Source of the DNA: Klebsormidium nitens
Taxonomy: Eukaryota > Plantae > Klebsormidiophyceae
Assembly (NCBI GenBank): GCA_000708835.1
Contig: DF237163.1
Location: 74,673 to 138,672, forward strand
Reading direction: 5' to 3'
Length of the DNA: 64,000 bases
Below are positions 50,341-61,900 of this stretch, piece after piece. The number at the start of each line of letters is the position of its first letter. Position 1 is the stretch's first letter. The notes below the pieces were generated by a model. That model was not told where the DNA came from and ran no database searches. It was given only the letters and a program-made list of their open reading frames with translations. A program made the translations under genes and the position numbers.

Positions 50341-50888
50341 GGTGCAACTTAACATGGCGAGGCTTCTAGGGAAGAGGTCAGACTTCACTGGCAGACTAGG
50401 GAAGCGGCGTTTATGAAGGCATAGAATGTCGGAAGGCTGGGGAGTAAGTTGAAAGGTTTAACCCAAGTTTGAGACGGTCTACGCAATGGGCACGTATAAG
50501 GCAAACTCAAAAGCGGAAAACCAAACGGACAGCTCTTCTTAAGCGATGCACGCGATTGGGCAATGCCAGTAGCTTGTATCTACATGGAATGTATGGATCG
50601 AATGGCAGTGGAGATGTTCAACGGTTGTTCATCGATCATGCGCACACACGAACCAAGCAACTCGCTAGCGGAGCTCAGTGACGGGGGACATCTCATTTGG
50701 ACGTCGTAGTCTACTTGAAGTCCGGCCAGCACTGCCGCCATGTCTTTACATGATGATGCGCTAGCTAGATCGAGAGATCCGATAATCTACCAAAGGTATA
50801 GACGTACCTCGTGTATCATACTCGATGGCATTCCATTTGCTGCCGCCCAAAATGGACTCAGGGGACGTACAATGATGAATATTTGATT

Positions 50889-51372
50889 CATGCAAACGAG
50901 CATCACTGGTTTTATAGGGTCTAGCATGCCAAACTGAGTGCGCGAGTTCCACATGCATGTGCCAGGACGGCGCGTGGCCTACGATGGATCCGCGACGCAC
51001 AAGGACGCATGTACCAGAACTGGGGGCACTCAATATAGTTTTAATCAGTCAGTGTGCAATCGATTATCAGACCAGTATGCAGCACATGCGTGGATTCAAT
51101 CATGCATGCACTCAGTGACCGTCGTGGCGGCTATAATCAATGGACTCGAAGTCCGACCGGACACCGTGGCCGCCACTGCAGACGCCTTCGCGGTCCGCAC
51201 TTTATTCAATAGCTGTACGTCGGATGTATAATTCAGGGGCCGGCTCCATGCAGCAACCAATAAGTCACGGTCCGCTCATGCACCGGCAAGTCAGATGAGT
51301 TGAGCGGAGCATTTGAGTCTGTATGCATGCCAGGTAGTATTCAATCAGTATATACCGTCGTGAATTCATGCA
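50889..51372. other. Cluster of CATGCA/TGCATG (RY-type) motifs between convergent genes
   Basis: CATGCA at 50889, 50952, 51101, 51105, 51247, 51277 and 51367; TGCATG at 51324. Confidence 0.6.
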
Positions 51373-51817
51373 GGAGCCTGGAGCATGGCTTAGCACGACG
51401 ACGGTAGACACGTCGATCCTCTGCACACGAGTCTTTATCCGCGACCAGCTCAGGTCCGGCGCATGGCGCAGAGCCCGGGCGGGGCCTGACCCAGTGAGTC
51501 CGGTCAAAGTTAATGATGGGCCTTCCGGTCATTGAACGACCCATGCTACGAGGATTGAGCAACGACATCACATCGTACGTCAGGATTCCGTTTGCCAAGT
51601 TGACAGACCATCATAGTGCGCACGTACGCGACAATGCGCGTGTACTAGCGCTGCTGGTTGCTCCAAATCAGCCGGTTAAGTTCTTGAGAAGCGATGTTGG
51701 GCATATACAGTCATGAGGCCAGTCGACCATGAACTGTTTTGCAAGAAACCCAATCTTGTGCGCAACTATTCACTAAGTTCTTAAGACAAATGTTTTTAAT
51801 AAGCAATAAGAGCAGTA

Positions 51818-54800
51818 TCATACCGCTCTACCCAAAGTTTCGGCGACAGTCACATGGAATGGATCTGCTAGATGGTCCACCAAGTTCTCGATGGGCCCAG
51901 TCTTTGTCACCAGGGCTTGCACAATGAAGCCAAGAACTGCTACCATGGCTAGCCGCCCTGCAGAAATAGACGTTTGCAATTGAAGATCGATGCACGGCTT
52001 ATTTGTGTCACTGCCAATGAAGCATTTCGGGCAAACGACGATGAAGCTATGAATGCTTGCTTGCTGCAAAGTCGAGAAGCGTGAACAGAGGAACACATGA
52101 AGTTCCTACTGCCTTTCTCAAAATACTTGGGGGGAAAGAGGGATGTTTGAGACCAAAGTCTTTCAAGCAATACCGTCTCAGGCAGCGAGAGCTCCATCTC
52201 GATCGATGAGATATTCTCTCTCAGCATTGCAAGCGAAGAGTCCGACTTCGAATCAGACTTTGACACAGACCTGAAAGACGCAAGCAAATAATCAGCTCAC
52301 CGTTCTTCAACTCCTTTGTTCGCATCTGGAATACGTCGTCTTTTGCAGTGATGCCTGTTCCGAGCCCAGTAATATTGAAGAACGGGCCACCCGGATAACC
52401 CGGCTCTAGGCCTTCAAGAGTGGCCTCTATTCCGAAGAACCACGCGTCTTTTTGGGAGCCCGGTTTCACGAAGTCGTAGTACCGTTTTGTTTCGACGAAT
52501 CTGCAGAGAATGGATTCTGCTTGAGCACGCTGACAATCTAGGCCGTTTCAGCAACATTTCTCCAGCCGTTTATGCTCTTCAAAGGTTGATGATAAGTATG
52601 TTGACGAACCCACCTCGCTTGTCAGAAGCGTTTGAGTACCAGCAACTACAGCAAAATCGTTGGGGTTGCAAAGTATCGACGTCTTCGCTTTTTGAGACTT
52701 TTGCCTGAACATTCAGGATCTCTCGGGACTTTGCTTCACTTATCGATAGCAGATACTGAGAGCAGCCTCAACCGCAACGACAGGTAACATCTCGACGACC
52801 ACTTTCCGCATCTGGTCTATCTGACCAACCCAGTGCATGTCAGACCTGGGCTTCCACATGTTCCACACGAAACACCTCCACGACTTGCTGAGGCGATGGA
52901 AAGTCAGTACAAAACAGAACTCGGGCACACCCCCCGTTCTCAGCGTGGAATTTCGTCACATGCAGCGCTCACCCCATCAACAGCAGCTGTACCAAGAAGA
53001 GCGTTCCGGTGGGGGCGAAGTACGAGGCTGCGCCCGCCTCATACCAGACAGGGATGTCCCGACCAGAAGCTCTGAGTAACTGCACAAAAGCAGCCAGTAC
53101 AAAGCAGATTGTAACCAGTCGAGTATTTTCCGTCGGCAGCCAGGACCGCATCTGGTGAAAGCCATTGACGGACTCCTTTCTGGGAGTGCGTGAGGCATCA
53201 CGAGAAGGGATGTTTTGTTTGAGTGTTGCCGGCTGTAAAGATCTTGACACATTAAGCATTTGCAACTGCTATCCGCTGATTGGTAGGCCCATCGCCCCAA
53301 TTCAAAACAAAGTTGCAGTCTTTCTATAGACTTCCTCTAACCTGCCAAGCAGTCGTTGTTCAAGAGAGGCTAAGGCAGATTCCCGGTTTAAAGTTGAGTT
53401 TCCGTAACCAGTCTTGGCCACGTCTGTTATGGCCTCGGGGGGTCTGGATTTCTTCAAGGGGAGGGGTCTGTGAGAGGTCTTGAGCATGAAGAACCAGGGC
53501 GAATCCAAACTTGACACCGCTTCAATGCTTGAGAAAATTCATGGGGTGTCAGGAGTAAGAGCCCACAACAGGGCAGCATAACTGGTTTGAACTAGCACGT
53601 AGCCAAGAACATTTGCAGGCTTCAGAGAGGTACGATGACATGGTCCGGTACCACCAAGTTTGTGTTGCCAGAAAGCACTCTGGAGCCTTGAAGGCACAAT
53701 TGATGAGGTGACGATGCTGAACAATATAGTATGCCTTGGGCTTGCGCGATGTGCTGAGTGGACCAACAAAGGCGAACAAAACACTCCATCTGGTGGCAAA
53801 GCGTCTCACCTCTTGCCCCAGAATGCCTGCTGCTCCCAGCATCGCAAAGCGCGCATGCACCAGCTCTGCCTGGACGTACCACGCCAGGTCTGCCGGGTCT
53901 GTGCCTAGGCCAAGAGGGTCGAAGCCAAAGTCACCAGGGCGCCTGGAGAAAAAGAGTTAACTTTTGAGAAAGAGCAGGAAAGAAGGTATGGAAGATGTTG
54001 CAGTGAGGTGGTAGCCATGGACACTGTTTGAAAGTGATCGGTGATTGGTCGTCGCGGAGCAGAAACCGAGAATGCTAAGATCAAAAGGTGCTGAAGGGGA
54101 GCACCCGCCTTTATTGCCGGAAGCAAGCATAATATGGTGCGGTGGTGAACTATCTCTTGACGAGGCTGGTGCAGACGGATGTTTTCCCCAAGCCAGTGCG
54201 TATTGAAGGCGTGAGCGGAATCAGGTGGCATCGTTTGATGGCACCATACCGAAGCAACTAAACCCTAACTTCAAATACCTGAACAATGCAAGTGCCTGGC
54301 TTCCAAAGCCTGACTCCTGAACACCGCATTGCACCTTAGGGCCAACGATCCACGTCCACCTTTACCAGAGGGAGCAGCTTGTTGATGGCAGCTTGCTTAA
54401 AAAAGTCCTCTTCTTGAGGTAATAAGTAAATGTAGGGCCGCCACTAGTCAAGCTGGACTCTAAAATCAGATCCATCTTCGTGATCGAACCAACATTGCTG
54501 TTACAAACGCAGTCACAGACCAACAGACAATTTGGCAGCCACCTCTACAAGAAGCAACAATCAAACAAGGAAACATTCAAGCTATGTGCAGGGCATTCCT
54601 ACGTTCCATCCAGGTGCTTTGCTGGCGCTGTCCCGGGTAGCCACACCGGCCTCTCTGCGCTCGCCGAAACCCTGAAGCCGGCCCTGTTCTTATAGGCTAC
54701 TCCTCCCCTTTTCCTGATTGGCTTGTTGAATTGCTGGAGGGGCGATGCGGAGTGGCGCCTCAGACCAGCTCCCCTGAATACTGCATTGCGAATGCAGGGG

Positions 54801-54886
54801 GCGGATCCCGAACAATGGCGGCTGCTGCCTTCCACAGAGATCCTCGATGTGGCTTGGATCTGGCTGCGCGCTAGCGTTGAAGCCAT
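51818..54886 (-). CDS. LHCA5: Photosystem I light-harvesting chlorophyll a/b-binding protein, Lhca5-type, 5 exons, ~287 aa
   Basis: Exons (minus) 54886-54603, 53942-53810, 53079-52973, 52500-52301, 51957-51818, totalling 864 nt. A transit peptide is followed by [87 protein letters not shown] and [10 protein letters not shown]. The [11 protein letters not shown] and QAELVHxRFAML signatures are characteristic of Lhca5. Confidence 0.93.
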
Positions 54887-55921
54887 CGATGCTATACGTT
54901 TGCAAGAGCTCCAGAATCAGATGGAACAGATATCGGCGCTGGAAAGGTTGGCAGACAAGAAGCGCTGGAGCAATGCTAATTGCGATTATTAAAGCGGATC
55001 AGTACACAATGGCGTCCTTTTCACTTGCTGCAGAGGTGCAACTAAAAGGTATCCAAGCGCTGCTTCTGTTGCAGCTACAGTTGCTAGATTTATAAAAGCT
55101 CCAAACAAATTTCAATGAAATGAACAAGCTCCCTGCCGCCCAACAGAGTCACTTGAAATGTTTCGCGCGCGTGCGCGCAGATTGAAGAGCTGTAACGAGA
55201 GCCTTTCGATGCGTCCAAGAGGCTCTCGAAACCGTTGATGGGGAACTTTCAAAGACGACAGCAACCGCTGGTAATGTCGGAGGCAGCCCTGTGAAACCGT
55301 TGATGAAGCAGGCTTCACTGCATGTGCCAACGCTTCAAAGCTTTGCATTCGAACTTGCAATTATGCTCACACTCTTACAAGCTTGAGTCTGCCCTTTAGT
55401 TCAACAAGCGGAATTGTGCAAATTGTAGCCACTCCAACAGCTGACATATTGACATACTTCCGGTGATCTTTACGTCCATCCGGGCTCTCATCTTGTGAGC
55501 TCACCGAGCAGGTTAAGATTGCATGCGGGCTGGATTCAAGGGAGCCCCATGCACTGAGGTGTCCCGCCTTTCGACTCATCTACGAGTCGATATTAGACAA
55601 CTGATCGAGAGTTCATTGATCAGACAAAAAGCGATAACTTCAGGCAGCATTGCCACAAGCGGGCGGCCGTCGAATCAGCTGGGTATGGTGAATACCGAAT
55701 ACGCTTTGCTAGATATTACAACAGCTTTCATATTCAAAGCTGAGTTGCTGAGTTGCTGACACACAAGTTGACACCTTTCCTTGTTGAGCTCTTTTTTCCT
55801 GCCATTAACAGCCCATCTCACAGGAGATATTCCTACACATTCACGTTCTTATGTCACCAGCTAGCAGCTCTTCAGCTTTCAAGCTCCACTTCAGCAATGC
55901 TCTAAGTTACCGTAATCAAAG

Positions 55922-58900
55922 ATGGGCCATTCAGCGGAGACTCTAAGCGACCTGCAAGTCTGCAGAGCGCTGAAGGGCTGCATTGCTGAGTTCCTGGCTT
56001 ACCATGGGCTTCAAACCACTCTCAAGGCGAGCCATCTTTTCCTCATGAGCTCTCTCTTCGCATCACCTGTTTCGATTCTTTCTTGACGGTGGTGAGATCC
56101 AATGCCTTGATTGGTTATGGTAGCGGCTAATCTTACTCAACTATTTCCACCACCTGATCCTCAAGGAATATGTTTGCCTTCGGACAGGGTGTAGCTCCAG
56201 ACACTTCAGCGCGCATAAGTACGGTCGGAAAGGAGAGCCTTGACCAGAGTGAGCAAAGAGAACAATAAAATAATCATCGAAATTTGTGTGCGCAAGAAAG
56301 CATACTCATTCGGCTACACTCTGCCCAGCACGGGGCATCTCAATTTACAAACTAAAGCTTGGAGTATCTTCTCGATGTGAGTGTCACCTGGCCGTACAGA
56401 GCTCATTTCACGAAAGTTGTCGAGATTGCTACCCACGACCCTCTTGCAGTCCTTTGAGGAGGAGTTCTACACCAAGCGCATCGCCAACGCGTCTACTCTT
56501 GCCATCCCCTTCGAAGCCAAGACCGCCTTTCTCCAGTTTTTCAAAGCGGGGGACGGCCCCTCGTTCTTCACTCTCTGGGCTGAGCATGCCCCCCCTGACA
56601 GCAGCAAAGCAATGCTCAGTCTGCGACTGGAGCTGCACTCGTACTTCCTAGTCTGGGGGCCCACAAATGGGGGGGTAAAAGAAGGGTTTGAGAGCTTTCT
56701 GGGGGAAAGCGGGGGACAGCTGGCGCTGGAGAAAGACCAGTTGCATTACTTTGCGCTGCCGCACGTGACGGAGCCGCAGTCGCACCCACTCTTTCAGGTG
56801 AGTGGAGCATCTGCGCCGTGTTAGACTGGTTAACATGGGCAGTGGATTGTCGGTGTGGTGCTGTTCTGACTCAGAACAAGGTCGAGATATGTGATTACAA
56901 GCAATGCGCTGTGTTCATTCCCTTCTGTTGCGCTTGATTGCCATGAAGAGTTGGGGCGCGTTGCATTACAAACAAACTCCTGCTGGCATTCGTAGCTGCC
57001 AACCTGTACTGGTGATAAGGGATCATGTCCGTAAGCGTTTCTCAGATCTGGAGCGATTTAGGTCCAGCTTTCAGACACAAAGCATCCTTCCCAGGTCCCA
57101 TAAGCCATCTCTGAGCCTCAGTTGATGTCCGTGCTCGACTATGCTGTACAATATCCAGTTTGAGCACCAAAGGGCCCACAAAGGTCCAATTTTCGACAAG
57201 CAGATAGACAACGAAGCATCTCACTCTCGCAAACTCGGCTCACAATTGGCTGACACTGTTCACAGGAGCTCTTCACTGTGGAGTGGCGCGAGGCCCTGCG
57301 TCAGAAGCTGGAAGCTTTTCTCGACTACCGCGATCCCACGAAGATGACGCCACTTCTCCACGATATGTACCGCGATTTCCACACGCGACTCGCAGAGGAA
57401 TTTGGCGACCCAGCGATTGCGTCGAGCTTCGAGCTGGCGGAAGCAGATGCGATGGGCGCTTTTCCACTGGGCGCTTCACCAGGGGAAGAGGCTGGTGTGA
57501 AAGGGCTCTCTGGTGGGGCCAACGTTGGAACGGGGGAAAGTGGCGGCTTGGGGAGTCAGGGTGACGTCAGAACCTCGACGCGCAGGAGCATGATAGACTG
57601 GCTGAGAAAGCTGGAGCGGGGGGGCCAGGAAGGGCAACTTGCCGGGGCTAATCAGCCCCCCCGGAAAGGTTCCGCGGCGGAGCCGACTGTCAAGCCGCTT
57701 GTGAGTGGCAAAAATTTGCTCGAAGATGGGAATGGGTTCACGGGACAACGGATTGTTGCCAAAATGGTGGCAGAAGACCGGGGCGGCTTCTTCTCTTCGG
57801 GGCAACAGTTGCAGCAGGGACTGATGCTCCCCGTCTCGGGCCGCCCGCTGAGCGCCCGAACTCGGCGTCATCTGCTGACGTCATCTGCTGACGTGGCGCG
57901 GCAGAGCACGGACTCTATTCTCAGCAGACAGGACGAACGAGCAGATCGTGACGGGTCGCCCGCCAACAATACTGTTAAGCGGCCCCTTAGTGCGTCGATG
58001 AGTGTGGAGTCCGCAGCCGCTTTATTCGGGCGGGCGGCTTTGTCGGGTTCATCCGAACAGAGGACGGGGCAGAATGCAAGTATAGAAAGGGGTCAGGGGC
58101 TGAGTGGATGGCAAGGCAAGCCCGGGTCCGTTTCTCAGTCCCTGGCGTTTACTCCGCGCGAGGGGGAGGGATCGGAGTCAAGGCCGATGACCGGAAATGT
58201 CAAGCGGCCGCCGAAGATGCCTCTTATTCAAGTGGGCTTAGATTTGATGAAAGTTGCGGAACAGGGGGGAGCGAAGTTGAGGGGCGACGAGGAGACCATT
58301 GACAGGAGTCCGTCCCCCAAGGTCCGAACCCCTTCCTTGTCTACAGTGCTGTACCCAGTTCGTTCCAAGTCATTGTTAAGGAGATTAGCTTTAGGTTTCG
58401 GAGTTCTCCACGACTTCTGGCTTCTTGTGCTCCTCTGAAGATTCTCCATATTAAACCTGCTTGTGTGTGCAGTTCCCATTTGTCATTGCTTTCAGCCCGA
58501 GCAAGCAGTTTCGTCCAACCGCTCGAAGCGCACAAGTTTGACAAGCTGTCACGTATTCACAACTTTGATGACGCTAGCCCGCGAATCTTGTCTTGACGTT
58601 GGTCCCTGCAAAGAGGTTTGGTCGCTTTTGTCGCCCACAATACATACCTGGCACTCCCAGGATGTCTTCAAACACTGTTCAGAACCCCCTAATAATATCT
58701 GCAATCCCATAGAGAATCCATTGAATCCTGCCTTTCAGGTTATTCTCAGCCGTGCATGGAATCTTGCCGTTCATTACACGCCTTCTGTCGCCCACAACAC
58801 CGTCCAAAGGTATTCTGCATCCCTTCGAAGACATATCCAAGATCCATAAAAACGTTCTCGGATCTACTGACCAGTATGTTCCTTACAGGTCGCTCCCAGC

Positions 58901-61900
58901 CGAACCAAGAAGCTGAGCCGGACCAACTCTCTCGGACGCCCCGACGCTGCCACCCGGACTTCCGAACTGTCCGCACAGAGAGCCCACCGGGGCAGTCGGA
59001 GCATGGACCTTTCGGACGCCCGGTTAAATCTCTCGGACGCCCGGTTGGATCGTTCGGACGCCCAATTGGACCTTTCGGACGCCCGGTTGGGATTTGGGGC
59101 AACCGAGGGACTCCAACCAGGGCCTTCTGCGGAAACGTTGAGGCTCGATGGGCGGTCGGGGCAGCTCTTCGGGGGGGTTGGGGAGGACGTGCGGGACTCG
59201 TTCCAGGCCCTGTGCAATGCGCACGAAGTGGTGAGTTGCAAGTTGCTCGACCATCTTAGTCTTGGTGACTTAATCTTGCGAAGGGCGACTGACGGTTCTG
59301 GCTTGTTGCATCCCTCGTGACACAGGCTCCGTGCCTAAGCAAGTTTTGAGTCGAGTATCGCAACGTAGTTCTGTATGGGCGCGTGATCCTCTTTTGTCTG
59401 AGAAGAAGAACTGTAGCCAGTACGAAAATGTCACCCCCGAAATCGTCGTTTCTTGTCTAACGCAAAAGTGCTTTGTGTCAGTACCAGGATGAAAGCCGGT
59501 TGCACTCAATGGCACATTCCCCCTTTGCTTCTGCCGAGCAACTAGACAAGCGTCTCTTTCTTGCCCTAGGTCCGGCGAAGCACCCACCTGACCCTAGACA
59601 GCATCGAGGACGACGTGAATGAAGGTGCTGACGTCAGCGTTGCTAATGTTGCCATGGACTACGATAAGATCCGGCATACTCTTTACGGAGGGTCCGACCA
59701 GGACGTGGCCGCCCTGCTGCAGGTAAGAGGCGCGCGCGCCAATTCTGCACATATCCAACGTATTCTCGCTCAAGTCTGCTGCGCATTCCATCTTACGAGA
59801 AGAAACAAGGAGTGAAATCGCAAATTCTAGGGGAACTTAGACGTGACCATCCTAACGGCGAAGGGCCTGAAAATATGTTCAGTAGAAGCCCGTACGTCTT
59901 CGACGATTTTAAGGCGACCATCAGAAGAAAAGAGGCAGCCAATGTCGATTTTTATGGCTGAAGTGTCTGGCGATCCGTCTTGTACGAGCAGCACATTGGA
60001 AGCCGCTGCTTCCACACTGAGGATAACATTCATCTCTTCAAGCACCAGAAACTAGACGAGCGAAATTTGCAGCACCTTGAATGTCATTTTTCATTTTTCC
60101 CGCCCACTTGCAGGACATCGCAAAGCGATTACTTAGCTCGCCAAAGACCTTTCAAGAAACGCTCGGCGGCGATCCGTTCTGTTTCCTGACCGGACGGAAG
60201 CAGCAGCGGCCTCTGCTGGCGCTGCTCGTGGAGCGCGGCGGTGGCGTTACGCGGCCGCTTGCGCGCGCGCTCAACGTGCTCGCGAGCGAAGAGTCTGGGC
60301 GAGGGTGAGTGCGTCAAAATGCGCAAGCGCGCCTCCGTCCCAGGTCGTCAAACGTCTCCAATTCTGGTTCGAATATAAGTTTTTAAGTTGAATGACAAGA
60401 ACAGTCAGAGTTTGAGTCTGAGAGGAGACTCGTACAGGACTTTGTGTAGCAATTCCAACAAGTGAGAGGACTTTCTAGCTCGACTTCGAAGTGCAAACTT
60501 TCTGGTAATCTATTCGCATCCGCGCTCAGAGGGTGGTCTGATTTGAACTGAGAACTCAGATAAGAACATTCAGAACGAATCGATGACTCTTACTTTGTTT
60601 CCATCCTCCTATCAGGCCTGCATAATGGGAGACGGCAGGCTTTCAACTCTGTGATATCCAGCTCTATTTTTGCGACGCGCTTAAATAGTTGGAAGATTAA
60701 GATCCTATTAGCAGTTACAGAAGCTTATCAACATCTAATCGGAGTGTCAGCTTACCTGTCGGGAACAGAAAGACCGTAGACTCGGAACTGCCCTGCAAGT
60801 CCTCTTCCGTATCAAAGAAAATACTTCAGAATCGGTGATTTTACCGGCGTGCGGGTTGTTTGGACCTTCTCAGTTCGTAATCGACTTCTTTGATTTTTCG
60901 CACAGATACCTCTTAACGAATGAAGCGGTCATTGTTGAGACCCTGGTCCGGATAACGCGCTTGGGGTGCGCCGATCCGGAGGCGGCAGAAGCGTTGCACG
61001 ACGGTTTGGAGGCCCTGCAGAAGCTGAGCGAAGGGCGTTCCGTCCAGAAGCTGATGATCCGGCACGGGGTGAGCGGAACAGCGGAAAGGCTGTTAGGGTG
61101 GTATTTATGTTAGTTACGAATGCCGACAGAAAGCGTCAGAAACTCTGGAAGGACTGATACTAAAATGCTTCAGACGTCTATGAGCCTCATGTCGCGACTT
61201 GCGGGTCGAAGACATGTGCAATCTCTATCTTGCGGATTTGCTGAAGCCCGCTCAAGATCGTCTTCGTTCGAGCACGAGTTGAAATCACTGGTAGGCATGA
61301 AGTTGGTCACAGGAAAAAGGGATCGATCTAGATCCTCTGGAAGGTCGATCCGACGATGTGCTTGCATCATACAGAAGCACCATGAAGGTTGAGGGACTTC
61401 GCCGGGATACTTGATAGACGCTGCCAGCTCTCAAAACATTGCCGCCGACACAAATGGAAACGTTTGTTAAGGAAGGGGCAGAGTTTTCGTGCCCATCGAA
61501 ATTATTGTGTCGATCAAAGTCGACCAGTTCGGCCCTGCTACCGCGTGTGCGTTGTGACTGATACTCATGAAAGGACTAATCAGGCTGACAACAGCTGTTT
61601 GGGCCTGCCAAATCTACACGACATATCCTGATTTCAATGTAAAGTATCTTCATTGGGGAACTCTCCAGATCGTTGTCGATCTGACGTCACTTATCAGCGG
61701 GCGCGCGCGCGGCGCGCTCGACGAGTACGGGCTCGAGCACGCGCTCGCGCTGCTGATGACGCTGTCGCTGCGCGCGGCCGGGAAGCGCGCGTGCGAGGCC
61801 GCGGCCGCGGAGCTCCTCGAGGCGCTGATGGAACTGCTCGAGAGCGACAGCCCACAAGTGAGCCGATCTAACTAGGTATTGATTTTGGGAATCTTTTCCA

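Noticed and set aside
59003-59089. Regular 21-bp repeats as a CRISPR array
   Set aside because: There are no unique spacers or cas genes, the repeats lie in frame within a eukaryotic exon, and the genome is eukaryotic.
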